64,000 nt of DNA from Planctomycetota bacterium. Lineage in GTDB: Bacteria; Planctomycetota; J058. A program made the position numbers and the translations under genes. The DNA is taken from contig JBFWYD010000056.1 in the NCBI GenBank assembly GCA_050186825.1, positions 3,761-67,760 of the forward strand, written 5' to 3'. Positions 1 through 9,445 of the stretch are shown one piece after another (position 1 is the stretch's first letter; every line of letters begins with the position of its first letter). The notes under the pieces are model-generated. The model saw nothing but the letters and a program-made list of their open reading frames with translations. It was not told the origin of the DNA and made no database searches.

Positions 1-942
1 GAGAGGCTCACCGCCTGGATGCGGATCGTGGCCCGCCTGCGCCCCGCCTCGCCGCCGCTGGGGGACGCCCTGCGCGAGCGGATGCTGAGCGAGATCAGCG
101 GGATCCGCCGCGAGGTCACGATCGAGCTGGCCACGGCCCTCTCGGACGCGGCCGCGGACGACCTCAGGGTCCAGCGCGAGGTCTCGGTGCTCGCCCGGCG
201 CTTCGGCCGGCAGTACGCCCGGGAGATGGTCCCGCTGATCCGGCGCACGATCCGGCTCGAGACCAGCGCCGCGCAGCGCCTGACGCATCGAGTGACCCTG
301 GCCTACGTGATGTCGGCCGTGGGGGACCTGACCCCGGCCGAGGAGCGCGAGCTGCGCGCGGTCTTCGCCGACGTGCTGCCGCGGATCGAGGAGCAGGCCG
401 AGAAGGTGGCCCTGCTCACGGCGCGGGCCCGCTTCGAGCTGCCCCGGGGGCACCTCGACGACGCGCAGCGCGACCTGCTCGAGGCGCTCGAGCTCGACGC
501 TGGCTTCGACCTGGCCAACTACACCCTGGTCCAGCTGCGCGAGCGCCAGGGTCGCGATCGGGAGCTCGTGCGCGCGGCCGCGGCCTTCCTCGACCTCGGC
601 GCCACCAACCAGGGTCGGCGGGAGGAGGTGGTGGGGATCCTCTGGCGGCATCGCGAGGGCGACCCCGACCGCGCGCGCGAGGCCCTCGCCCACTACGCCC
701 CCTTCGGCGAGAACGTCGGCGGCTGGTTCCTGCGGCTGGCCCTGCTCCAGGTCCAGCACGGCGAGCTCGAGGCCGCGCGGGCCAGTTGCAAGACTGGGGC
801 CGAGGAGCTTCAGCGCGACGACCGGGCCGAGGTCAAGGCCATCGCCAAGCGCGCCCTGGAGGGGGCCGACGACCTGGGCCCCCTGCTGGAGGACCTGGTC
901 GGCCGCCTGGACGCGATCCGCAAGGACGCGCACCGGCCCTGA
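1..942 (+). CDS. TPR-like helical repeat protein (5'-partial)
   Basis: Frame is open from base 1 (ERLTAWMRIV...). TPR-like segments 'ARARFELPRGHLDDAQRDLLEALELDAG' and 'LALLQVQHGELEAARASC'; strong GC3 codon bias. Confidence 0.65.
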   Translation, partial: ERLTAWMRIVARLRPASPPLGDALRERMLSEISGIRREVTIELATALSDAAADDLRVQREVSVLARRFGRQYAREMVPLIRRTIRLETSAAQRLTHRVTLAYVMSAVGDLTPAEERELRAVFADVLPRIEEQAEKVALLTARARFELPRGHLDDAQRDLLEALELDAGFDLANYTLVQLRERQGRDRELVRAAAAFLDLGATNQGRREEVVGILWRHREGDPDRAREALAHYAPFGENVGGWFLRLALLQVQHGELEAARASCKTGAEELQRDDRAEVKAIAKRALEGADDLGPLLEDLVGRLDAIRKDAHRP

Positions 943-982
943 AGGGTAAGAAATCGCTCGGACTCTCTGGCTCCGCGGACTG

Positions 983-1055
983 GACTCGGTCTCGGTCTCG
1001 GTCTCGGACTCTCGGTCTCGGAACTCTCGGTCTCGGTCTCGCTCTCGGACTCGGA
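983..1055 (+). repeat. Degenerate CTCGG(T/A) hexamer tandem array
   Basis: gactcggtctcggtctcggtctcggactctcggtctcgg... seen directly; same unit at 1511-1623 and 13708-13812. Confidence 0.85.
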
Positions 1056-1077
1056 GACGCCCCCCCCGCTCACACAG

Positions 1078-1300
1078 GGTGATCTCCGCGATCTCTGCGA
1101 TCTCTGCGCTGATTACCAACGCTCTCGCAGGACCTCACGAACCTGGGCTCGGAACCCGCTCCCGCGAATCCCGGACGTTGGACTCGCGCTCTGTCTCGGA
1201 GACCGCGGATCCGTGGGCGGATGGCTCCGCAGCGACCGCGGCAGGAGCCGCGCGGGCGCTGGATATCAGCGCAGAGATCGCAGAGGCCGCGGAGATCGCC
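1078..1300. repeat. 36-bp inverted repeat built from CTCTGCG/CGCAGAG units (REP/MITE-like)
   Basis: Left arm 1078-1113 ggtgatctccgcgatctctgcgatctctgcgctgat; right arm 1265-1300 atcagcgcagagatcgcagaggccgcggagatcgcc; 3 mismatches. Confidence 0.85.
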
Positions 1301-1510
1301 AGGAGGGAGCGAGGGCGTGACTCCGCAGCGGGGTCGAATCGAGAGGCGGGCACGGGCACGGCCACGAAGCACCTGATGCACTGTAGTGGTCACCCAAGCG
1401 GCTGGGTCCACCTGGGGGCCGCTCCTTCGCCAGATGGAGAGGATCTGAACGGGGTAATGGCTCGCGGTGCTCGCGCGCTGCGCGCGCTCCCCGCGAGCGG
1501 TCGCGCGAAG

Positions 1511-1623
1511 GACTCGGACTCGGACTCGGCCTCGGACTCGGTCTCGGACTCGGACTCGGCCTCGGACTCGGTCTCGGACTCGGTCTCGGTCTCGGCCTCG
1601 GTCTCGGTCTCGACCTCGGTCTC
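1511..1623 (+). repeat. CTCGG(A/T/C) hexamer tandem array (about 18 units)
   Basis: gactcggactcggactcggcctcggactcggtctcgg... seen directly. Confidence 0.9.
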
Positions 1624-1761
1624 ACCCTGAGCCCGCCCAGGGCCCATCCACCCGCCCATCGCCGAGAAGCCGCCGGATGCGCTTGACGTGGGCAGGGTCC
1701 TGGCTAGCATCCCCCGGTCCTGCGGCCAGGCTCTCCCGGCGCGGACGAAAGGGAACGGTCG

Positions 1762-2178
1762 ATGGCCGAGCGCATCCGGGTCCTGGACATTGCTCCCCAC
1801 CGCGACGTGCGGGTCGAGTTCGCCTCGCGCTTCCGCGAGGACGGGCACGAGATCGTGACGGTGCCCGGCCGGCGCGAGGCCCTGGAGCTGCTGGGGCTCG
1901 AGACCTTCGACCTGGCCGTGCTCGACGCCAGCTCGGACCTCTACGACACCAAGTCCCTGGTCCAGGAGATCCGCAAGGAGGCCGGCGACGAGCCCATGAT
2001 CGCGGTCTTCGTCGAGCCGCGGAACCGGCCGCCGCGCCACAAGATCACCGGGCGGACCAGCAACGTGGTCGTGCTCCAGGACGGCTCGGTGGACCACATG
2101 GCCCGGATGGTCCACCTCGCCTTCGAGATCCGCGAGAACGAGGACGAGCTCGACGCCCAGGAGCTCCCCGTCCGCTAG
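1762..2178 (+). CDS. Stand-alone atypical receiver (CheY-like) domain protein
   Basis: Pattern 'IRVLDI...GHEIVTV...EALELL...FDLAVLD' matches a receiver fold; the acidic pair and conserved Lys are not evident; strong codon bias. Confidence 0.7.
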   Translation: MAERIRVLDIAPHRDVRVEFASRFREDGHEIVTVPGRREALELLGLETFDLAVLDASSDLYDTKSLVQEIRKEAGDEPMIAVFVEPRNRPPRHKITGRTSNVVVLQDGSVDHMARMVHLAFEIRENEDELDAQELPVR

Positions 2179-2179
2179 G

Positions 2180-2680
2180 GCGTCCCGCCGAAAGGTGAGC
2201 CGGTTGAGCAAGCGGGCGTTGGTCCGCTCGCGTGGATACCCGGCCACGATGAACTCGTCGAGGAAGCGGTCTCCGCTGAGCGACATGACTGCTACGTCGC
2301 GCGGGACGAGAACGGTGAACTCCTCGGCCAGGCGCTCGGCGTCGGCGGGCCGCAGCCATATCGCGCCGAAGTCGGCCTCGAGCGGGTCCTCATCAAGCGT
2401 CACCGTGTGCCCCCGAAGTCGAAGGTCACCCTGCTCCAACGGGATCACCAGCTTGCGCTGACCTACGCCTTCGGCGACATGGCTCGCCGTCACGAGGCAG
2501 TGGCGACCCGCGATCCTGAACAGAGTGGCCGTTCCCCAGACCTGACGGTCGCCAGGGCCCTGCTCAACGATCGGCACTGCCGCACGCGCCACGTACTGGG
2601 CGACGGCTTCGCTCTGCACAGGATCGAGAATCGATGGGTCGCTGCTCGAGTGGCTCTCCCTGGTGGATGCTCGACCTCAT
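2180..2680 (-). pseudogene. Truncated trypsin-like serine protease remnant
   Basis: 'GTATLFRIAGRHCLVTASHV' (catalytic His), 'EADFGAIWL' (Asp) and 'IVAGYP' present; no GxSG before the frame runs antisense into the receiver gene. RBS GGAGGT plus ATG at 2680 is out of frame with the protease. Confidence 0.6.
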
Positions 2681-2892
2681 GCGCACCTCCTGGGCAAGGG
2701 CGGGACGAACATCAGCCTAAAGAAGTGCACCGACAGCCCCGGTTCACGGTCAGGGCCAGCCCCTGGCGCGCCCTAGAGAGCGGCGCAAGGAGGGCTGCAG
2801 AGACGCCAGCCACCCGTAGCGGGCTCCGAAACTGAGCTGGAAACGTGTCCGTGGTAGTTACGGCGTCCAAGCCTAGGACGAGGCTCGCAGCC

Positions 2893-4419
2893 TCAGGCGC
2901 TGGCCCAGCTCGCGCCCTGCATCAGGCCCAGGTCGAGCTCCGGGTAGAGCGGGAAGCGGGCCAGGAGCGCGTGGCTGCGCTCGAGGGCGGCCGCGCGCAC
3001 GGCGTCGTCGAGCACGTACTTGGCGCGGCTGATCTCGCCCTTCTTCTTGCCCTTGTCGATGCGCGCCGGCTCCGTGCCGCGCAGGACGTTGGCCACGATG
3101 TCGGCCAGCTCGTCCATCTCGCTGGGGCCCATCCCGAGGGTGGTCGTGGCCGCGGTGCCCAGCCGGAGGCCCGAGGTGTACCAGGGGCCGTTGGGGTCGA
3201 CCGGCGGGAGCGAGTTGCGGTTGAGCGTCAGGCCGCACTCGCGCAGGGCGCTCTCGGCCTGGCGGCCGTTCAGCTCCGAGCGGGCGGCCACGTTCACGAG
3301 CACGATGTGGTTCTCGGTCCCGCCGGTGACCACGTCGAGGTCGCGGCGCAGGAGGCCCTCGGCCAGGGCCTCGGCGTTCCGCACGATCCGCGCCGCGTAG
3401 TCGCGGAACTCGGGGCGGAGCGCCTCGCGGAAGGCCACGGCCTTGGCCGCCATCACGTGGGGCAGCGGCCCGCCCAGGGCCATCGGGCAGCCCTTGTTCA
3501 CGAACTCGGCCAGCTCCTCCTGGCAGAGGATGATCCCGCCGCGCGGGCCGCGCAGGGTCTTGTGCGTGGTGCTGGTCACGATGTGCGCGTGGGGCACCGG
3601 GTCGAAGTTCCCGCTGAACACCTTGCCCGCGACCAGCCCCGCGAAGTGGGCCATGTCGACCATCAGCACCGCGCCCACCTCGTCGGCGATCTCGCGCATG
3701 CGCGCGAAGTCGATCTTGCGCGGGTAGGCGCTGTAGCCGGCGAGCAGGATCAGCGGCCGGACCTCGCGCGCGCGGGCGCGGACCTGGTCCAGGTCGAGGC
3801 GCAGGGTGTGGGGGTCGACCCCGTAGCCGTGGGCGTCGAACAGGATGCTCGAGACGTTGTGCCGGTAGCCGTGGGTCAGGTGCCCGCCCGAGTAGAGGTC
3901 CATGGCCAGCAGCCGCTGCTCGCGCAGGGCCCCGCGCACGCGCTGCCAGGCGGCGCGCTCGAGCTGGCTGGGGTCGGTCTCGCCCAGCTCCTCGAGCAAC
4001 GGGCGCTGGACCCGCGCCGACAGCACCGCCAGGAAGGCGACCAGGTTGGCGGTGGCCCCGGCGTGGGGCTGGACGTAGGCGTGGTCGGCGCCGAACAGCT
4101 CGCGGGCCAGGGCGCTGGCCTCGGCCTCGACCTCGTCCACGTGGTCGCAGCCGGCGTAGAAGCGATGCCCCGCGTAGCCCTCGGCGTACTTGTCGGTGAA
4201 CAGGTTGCCGTGGGCGAGCTGGGTGGCGAGGGAGCAGTAGTTCTCGCTCGCGATCAGCTTCACGTTGCTGCGCTGGGCCGCGAGCTCGCCCACGATCGCG
4301 CGCGCCACCCCGGGGGCGACGCCCGCCACCTGGTCGAGCGAGGCGTAGTAGGCGGCGGCGCCGGTGTGGGGCGCCGCGCCGTCGAGGGAGCCGAGGTAGG
4401 TCGCGAGCAGGCCGGTCAT
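2893..4419 (-). CDS. glyA: Serine hydroxymethyltransferase (long form)
   Basis: [47 protein letters not shown] (PLP Lys), GGTENH, SGLRLGT. Confidence 0.97.
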   Translation of the reverse strand: MTGLLATYLGSLDGAAPHTGAAAYYASLDQVAGVAPGVARAIVGELAAQRSNVKLIASENYCSLATQLAHGNLFTDKYAEGYAGHRFYAGCDHVDEVEAEASALARELFGADHAYVQPHAGATANLVAFLAVLSARVQRPLLEELGETDPSQLERAAWQRVRGALREQRLLAMDLYSGGHLTHGYRHNVSSILFDAHGYGVDPHTLRLDLDQVRARAREVRPLILLAGYSAYPRKIDFARMREIADEVGAVLMVDMAHFAGLVAGKVFSGNFDPVPHAHIVTSTTHKTLRGPRGGIILCQEELAEFVNKGCPMALGGPLPHVMAAKAVAFREALRPEFRDYAARIVRNAEALAEGLLRRDLDVVTGGTENHIVLVNVAARSELNGRQAESALRECGLTLNRNSLPPVDPNGPWYTSGLRLGTAATTTLGMGPSEMDELADIVANVLRGTEPARIDKGKKKGEISRAKYVLDDAVRAAALERSHALLARFPLYPELDLGLMQGASWASA

Positions 4420-4508
4420 GGGTCGCCTCCGAGGGGCGCAGAGGATAACGCGGGCCCAGACCCTCGGGGCCAGCAGGCGCCGACCCCTTCATTCGTTGCA
4501 GCGGCTTC

Positions 4509-4627
4509 CGTGCTCGTGCTCGTGCTCGTGCTCGTGATCGTGATCGTCGACGGGTCGTGCTCGGGCTCGCGACGACGAGTCCGAGGACGAGACCGATCAC
4601 GGCTACGACTGCGAGCACGAACACGAG
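4509..4627. repeat. GTGCTC/GTGATC hexamer array with a degenerate inverted arm
   Basis: (cgtgct)4 cgtgatcgtgatcgtcgacgggtcgtgctcgg followed by ...gatcacgg...gagcacgaacacgag; sister copy at 45741-45817. Confidence 0.8.
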
Positions 4628-4639
4628 TGGGAACGCGAA

Positions 4640-4960
4640 TCAACCGGGCCGCGCTCCCAGCCCCCCCGGACCATGCACCCGCTCGCGGTCGTAGGCGCAG
4701 GCCTCGCCGCCGCGCTCGTAGTCGCGGCACACCTGCGGGCGGCGCTCGTAGATCGCGCACGAGTAGCGGCCCTGGTCCACGACCAGGTTCACGCAGCGGC
4801 CGTCGGCCGTGACCTGGAAGAAGCAGCGCGTCCCGCGGAACACCGTCCGCTCGGCCTCCGCGGGGAGCAGCCGGGCGTGGTCCTCGCCCGTGAGCCGGAC
4901 GTGCCCCGGGGTCGCGGCGAAGCAGCAGGCGCCGCAGTCCTGACACTCGGGCACGCCCAA
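4640..4960 (-). CDS. YkgJ-family (CxxCxxCC) putative Fe-S/Zn cluster protein
   Basis: CQDCGACC ... GRCVNL ... CAIYERRPQVCRDY ... C. Confidence 0.88.
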   Translation of the reverse strand: MGVPECQDCGACCFAATPGHVRLTGEDHARLLPAEAERTVFRGTRCFFQVTADGRCVNLVVDQGRYSCAIYERRPQVCRDYERGGEACAYDRERVHGPGGLGARPG

Positions 4961-5024
4961 GCGAGCTCCTCCAGGCAGGCTCCCTCGGCCCAGCGGCGGA
5001 GGATAGCGCCGCGCCCCCCAGGCG

Positions 5025-7208
5025 CTACTGCTGCTGCTTCTCGAGCGCGATCAGCTCGCCCGAGAGCGGCCCCAGGGTCACGACCAGGGCGTCGCCGTCG
5101 CGCTTGACCTTCCCGCCCAGCAGCGCGGCGGGCTCGCCCGCGAGCCCGGCCAGCGGGATCCGCAGCTCGACCTCGCCCTCGCCGGCGTTCAGCGCGCAGA
5201 TCACCGGGCGCCCGGCCTCGCCGGCCTCGGGCTCGCGCACGAAGGCCGAGGTCTTGCCGCTCGAGAGCAGGAAGCGCACGGCGCCGCGCCGCAGCGCGCG
5301 CTCCTCGGCGCGCGCCTTGCCCAGCTTGCGCACGTGCTCGAGCGTGGTCCGGTCCTGCTTCGCCTCCTCCCAGGGGAAGCAGCGCCGGCACTCGGGGTCC
5401 TTGCCGCCGTCCACGCCGACCTCGTCGCCGTAGTAGACGACGGGCGGGCCGAGCCAGGCGAAGAGGAAGGTCATGGCCAGGCGCACGCGGCGCGCGTCGC
5501 CGTTGGCCACGTTGAGCACGCGGGCCGTGTCGTGGCTGCCGAGCAGGTTGAACTGCACGCGCAGGGCGGCCTCGGGGTAGGTCGCGAGCTGCTCGACCAG
5601 CTTGGCCTCGAAGGCCGGGGCCGCGATCCCGCCCTTGACCAGGAACTCGAGCGCGGCGCTGCGGACCGGGTAGTTCATCACCGCGTCGAACTTGTCGCCC
5701 TGGAGCCAGGCCCGGGCGTCGGTCCAGATCTCGCCCACGATGTAGGCCTCGGGGTCCTGCTTCTTGACCCGGCGCCGGAACTCCGGCCAGAACTCCGGGT
5801 TGACCGCGTCGACCTCGTTGGGCACGTCGAGGCGCCAGCCCGAGGAGCCCTCCTTCAGCCAGTCGATCGAGACCTTGAGCAGGTGGTCCACCACCTCGGG
5901 GTTCTTGGTGTTGAGCTGGGGCAGCGAGCCGAAGCCCCACCAGCAGCGGTAGTTCGGCTTGGGGCTCTGCTTGACCGGGAAGCCGCCGTCGAAGAAGTAC
6001 CACCTCCAGTACTTCGACCGCTCGCCCTTCTGCATCGCGTCCTGGAAGGCGTAGTGCGCGTCGCCGGTGTGGTTGAACACGCAGTCGAGGATCATCTTCA
6101 TGCCCCGCTGCTTGAGCGCGTCGCGCAGGCGCCCCAGGTCCTGCTTGGTCCCGAGCGCGGGGTCCACGGTCTCGTAGTCGGCCGCGTCGTAGCGGTGGTT
6201 GCTCTTGGCCTTGAAGATCGGGTTCAGGTAGAGCGCGTTCGCGCCCAGCGAGCGGATGTAGTCGGCCTGCTGGGTCACGCCGGCCAGGTCGCCGCCCATG
6301 AAGTTGAAGTGGCTCGGCTCGGTCCCCCAGGCCTCGAAGTAGCGGTCGTCCACGTGCCAGGGCTGGCCCTCGGGGCGGCGCGGGAGCTGGGGCTGGTTGT
6401 TCGGGTCGCCGTCGCGGAAGCGGTCCGGGAAGATCTGATAGAAGACCGCGTCGCGCACCCACTCGGGCGTCACGAAGCGCCCGGCCTTGGCCATGCTCAG
6501 CGAGAAGCGCTGCTTCTTGTCGACCGGGAAGCGCTGCTTGCTCTTCCCGTCCTGGAGCTCGAAGGAGTAGCGCAGCTTCTGGGGCGCGCTCGGCCACCAC
6601 AGCCGCGCCTCCCACACGTCGCGTCCCGAGACGGTGGCGATCCGCCGCATCTCGGCGCCGCTCGCGGGGCGCGGCGAGGCGAGCACGCTCACGCGCTCGA
6701 CGTCGCCGCGGAGCACGTGCAGGCGGAGGATCAGGCGGCGGCGCCCGTCCACCGCGCAGGCGTCGGCCAGGTCCTGCGGGTCGTGGACGAGCTGGTCCAT
6801 GGCGATCGCTCCGTCGCCGCGCTGGCCGGCGCCGGCTGGGGCGCTGCCGCCGAGGTCGAGCACCGAGTTGAAGCCCGAGTGCCCGTCGGACTCGGTCTTG
6901 GGGTTGTCGGCGTCGTGCTGCCACACCTCGCCGTTGAGCACGAATTTGTAGTGATGGACCCCGCGCGTGAGCGTGACCTTGGCCTCGTAGGTGCCGTCGC
7001 CGTCGGGGTCGGCCAGCGGGGTGGCGTCCTTGTTCCAGCCGTTCCAGTCCCCGGCCACGCACACCTTGCTCGCCGCGATCACCGGCTGGTGCTTGAAGGT
7101 CACCTCGTAGCGGGCGCCGCCCTCGAGGGCCTTGACCTCCACGTCCGCGGCCGCGGCCACGGGCAGGAGCAGGGTCAGGAGCAGGGGGGCTGTGCGGCGC
7201 ATGTCCAC
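5025..7208 (-). CDS. Secreted GH13 alpha-amylase/neopullulanase-type enzyme with an N-terminal CBM48-like domain
   Basis: Signal peptide; 'VAGDWNGW...YKFVLNG...D.DNP' CBM48-like; GH13 regions DCVFNH, GWRLDVPNE, GEIW, LLGSHD; FYQIFPDRF; YYGDEVG. Confidence 0.93.
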   Translation of the reverse strand: MDMRRTAPLLLTLLLPVAAAADVEVKALEGGARYEVTFKHQPVIAASKVCVAGDWNGWNKDATPLADPDGDGTYEAKVTLTRGVHHYKFVLNGEVWQHDADNPKTESDGHSGFNSVLDLGGSAPAGAGQRGDGAIAMDQLVHDPQDLADACAVDGRRRLILRLHVLRGDVERVSVLASPRPASGAEMRRIATVSGRDVWEARLWWPSAPQKLRYSFELQDGKSKQRFPVDKKQRFSLSMAKAGRFVTPEWVRDAVFYQIFPDRFRDGDPNNQPQLPRRPEGQPWHVDDRYFEAWGTEPSHFNFMGGDLAGVTQQADYIRSLGANALYLNPIFKAKSNHRYDAADYETVDPALGTKQDLGRLRDALKQRGMKMILDCVFNHTGDAHYAFQDAMQKGERSKYWRWYFFDGGFPVKQSPKPNYRCWWGFGSLPQLNTKNPEVVDHLLKVSIDWLKEGSSGWRLDVPNEVDAVNPEFWPEFRRRVKKQDPEAYIVGEIWTDARAWLQGDKFDAVMNYPVRSAALEFLVKGGIAAPAFEAKLVEQLATYPEAALRVQFNLLGSHDTARVLNVANGDARRVRLAMTFLFAWLGPPVVYYGDEVGVDGGKDPECRRCFPWEEAKQDRTTLEHVRKLGKARAEERALRRGAVRFLLSSGKTSAFVREPEAGEAGRPVICALNAGEGEVELRIPLAGLAGEPAALLGGKVKRDGDALVVTLGPLSGELIALEKQQQ

Positions 7209-7400
7209 CTCCGCCCGTAATGGAGCCCATCGCGGTCGGGATCCGGACGGTCGAAGTCAAGTTCCCCCGTGGCAGAGGGTTCCGCTACGCGTCGCGGCGA
7301 GGCCCTATCATGGCGCGACTTAGGAGCTCCCTGGGCCGGCCGTCCGGTTCTGGTCGTCCGGGTCGGGGTGCGGGGGGCTCCACTCCGCCAGAGAGGTCTC

Positions 7401-8363
7401 GTGTCCACCAGCGCCACCGCCGCCGCCGCCGCCTCCTGGCTGCCGACCCGCGCCAAGCTCCGCGACCTGGCCCGCGGGCTGGCCTTCCTGGCCCCGAACA
7501 TGGCCGGGTTCCTCGTGTTCACCTTCCTCCCGGTGCTCGCGATCTTCGTGGTCGCCTTCACCACCGGCGACTACACCTCGAGCATCGACCCGGTCACCGG
7601 CAAGCTCACGGTCGCCTACGACTGGTGCGGGCTCGAGCACTTCCGCGCCCTGTGGAGCGACCCCCGCTTCTGGAGCTCGCTCGGGAACACCTTCGTGTTC
7701 CTGGTCGCCGTCCCGCTCCAGATGGCGCTGGCGCTCGGGCTGGCGCTGCTGCTCGACCAGAAGCTCCCGGCGCGGACCCTCTACCGCACGCTCCTGTTCC
7801 TGCCCACGATCGCGGCCGGCCTCGCGCTCTACATGATCTGGCGGCAGATCTACAACCAGGAGTTCGGGCTGCTCAACCAGACCCTGGCCCTGTTCGGCCT
7901 GATCGAGCGGGGCCGCGGCCCCGACTGGCTCGGCTCGCAGACCTGGGCCAAGCCGGCGCTCCTGGTGATGCTCGTGTGGATCGGGATGGGCGGCACCAAC
8001 ATGGTGCTCTACCTGGCGGCGCTCCAGGACGTGGACCCCACGCTCTACGAAGCGGCGGAGCTGGACGGGGCCGGCACCTGGGCGCGCTTCCGCTACATCA
8101 CCTGGCCCGCGCTCCGGCCCACGACCTTCTTCATCCTGACCACGAACCTGATCGGCGGGATCCAGATCTTCGACCAGGTCCTGATCATGACCGAGGGCGG
8201 GCCCGAGGGCTCGACGAGCACGATCCTCTACTACCTCTACCAGAACATCTACAAGTTCAACCGGCTGGGCTACGCCGCCGCGCTCTCGGTGGCGCTGTTC
8301 GCGATCGTGCTCGCGCTGACGCTGGTGAACTGGCGGCTGAACCGCGCCGCGCGGGAGGGCTGA
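7401..8363 (+). CDS. Carbohydrate ABC transporter permease (MalF/UgpA-like)
   Basis: EAA loop 'LYEAAELDGAGTWARFRYITWPALRP', 'GYAAALS'; GTG start at 7401 after GAGAGG. Confidence 0.92.
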   Translation: MSTSATAAAAASWLPTRAKLRDLARGLAFLAPNMAGFLVFTFLPVLAIFVVAFTTGDYTSSIDPVTGKLTVAYDWCGLEHFRALWSDPRFWSSLGNTFVFLVAVPLQMALALGLALLLDQKLPARTLYRTLLFLPTIAAGLALYMIWRQIYNQEFGLLNQTLALFGLIERGRGPDWLGSQTWAKPALLVMLVWIGMGGTNMVLYLAALQDVDPTLYEAAELDGAGTWARFRYITWPALRPTTFFILTTNLIGGIQIFDQVLIMTEGGPEGSTSTILYYLYQNIYKFNRLGYAAALSVALFAIVLALTLVNWRLNRAAREG

Positions 8364-8364
8364 G

Positions 8365-9414
8365 ATGATCGACCCCAGCCGCCACACCCGCCTGCTCAGC
8401 CTGCTGCTCCTGAGCCTGGTGGCCTTCACCACCGTGATGCCCTTCGTGTGGACCCTGTCCATGTCGCTCAAGCCCGAGGACCAGGTGCTCTCGGGCGGGC
8501 TGCTCCCGGTGCAGGTCGAGCAGCGGGCCACGGTCGACGGCGTCGAGCGCAAGGTGCGCCTGCTGCGCCGGCTCGAGGACGGGCGCTACCGGGTCAAGGT
8601 CCTCGAGGGACAGCGCCGGATCGCGGACGTGCCGGGGCCCGTGGTCCGGAGCGAGCGGCTCGACATCCGCTTCGACAACTACCCGAAGGCCTGGAACGCC
8701 TACCCCTTCCTCTCCTTCGGGCGGGCCTACCTCAACTCGCTGATCGTGGCCCTGGCCGTGACCCTGGGCCAGGTGTTGACCTGCGCGCTGGCGGCCTACG
8801 CCTTCGCGCGGCTCGAGTTCCCCGGGCGCGACGTGCTGTTCTTCGCCTACCTGGCCACGATGATGGTCCCGGGCGCGGTCACGATGATCCCGACCTTCGT
8901 GCTGCTCAAGAACCTGCCCGACGCCCTGAACTGGCTGTTCGGCACCCACTTCTTCAGCCGCGAGCTGGTGCTGGGCGGGAACCTGCTGGGGAACGACAGC
9001 TACTTCGCGCTGATCGCCCCGCGCTGCTTCAGCGCCTATGGGACCTTCATGCTGCGCCAGTTCTTCCTGGGGATCCCCAAGGAGCTCGAGGACGCGGCGC
9101 GCCTCGATGGCTGCGGCTCGCTCGGCGTGCTCCGCCACGTGGTCCTGCCGCTGAGCAAGCCCGCCCTGGCCACGCTCGCGATCTTCACCTTCATGTGGGC
9201 CTGGGGCGACTTCTTCTGGCCCCTGGTGGTGACCCGCAGCGACGCGATCAAGACCCTCCCGCTCCTGCTCCAGACCTTCCAGGGGCAGTACGGCGCCCAG
9301 TGGAACCTGCTGATGGCGGCCTCGGTGATGGGCCTCCTGCCGATGGTGGTCGTGTTCCTGCTCGGGCAGCGCCAATTCATCGAGGGGATCAAGCTCGGCG
9401 CGGTCAAGGGCTGA
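8365..9414 (+). CDS. Carbohydrate ABC transporter permease (MalG/UgpE-like)
   Basis: 'LRQFFLGIPKELEDAARLDG', 'AAYAFARLEFPGR', C-terminal 'QRQFIEGI..GAVKG'. Confidence 0.93.
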   Translation: MIDPSRHTRLLSLLLLSLVAFTTVMPFVWTLSMSLKPEDQVLSGGLLPVQVEQRATVDGVERKVRLLRRLEDGRYRVKVLEGQRRIADVPGPVVRSERLDIRFDNYPKAWNAYPFLSFGRAYLNSLIVALAVTLGQVLTCALAAYAFARLEFPGRDVLFFAYLATMMVPGAVTMIPTFVLLKNLPDALNWLFGTHFFSRELVLGGNLLGNDSYFALIAPRCFSAYGTFMLRQFFLGIPKELEDAARLDGCGSLGVLRHVVLPLSKPALATLAIFTFMWAWGDFFWPLVVTRSDAIKTLPLLLQTFQGQYGAQWNLLMAASVMGLLPMVVVFLLGQRQFIEGIKLGAVKG

Positions 9415-9445
9415 CCGGTCGCCCCTTCGCGATAACCTCGTCGGC

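Noticed and set aside
983-1623. Repeat arrays as possible CRISPR
   Set aside because: Units are 6-9 nt tandem repeats without unique spacers; no cas genes in the window.
1079-1630. 183-aa ORF with 'SDSDSASDSV' resembling SD-repeat adhesins
   Set aside because: Produced by translating the CTCGGH hexamer array and IR arms; the same array occurs in clearly non-coding positions; no signal peptide or codon bias.
2893-4419. Extra insertion making GlyA about 500 aa
   Set aside because: Long-form SHMT with this insertion is a known variant in several phyla; not novel.
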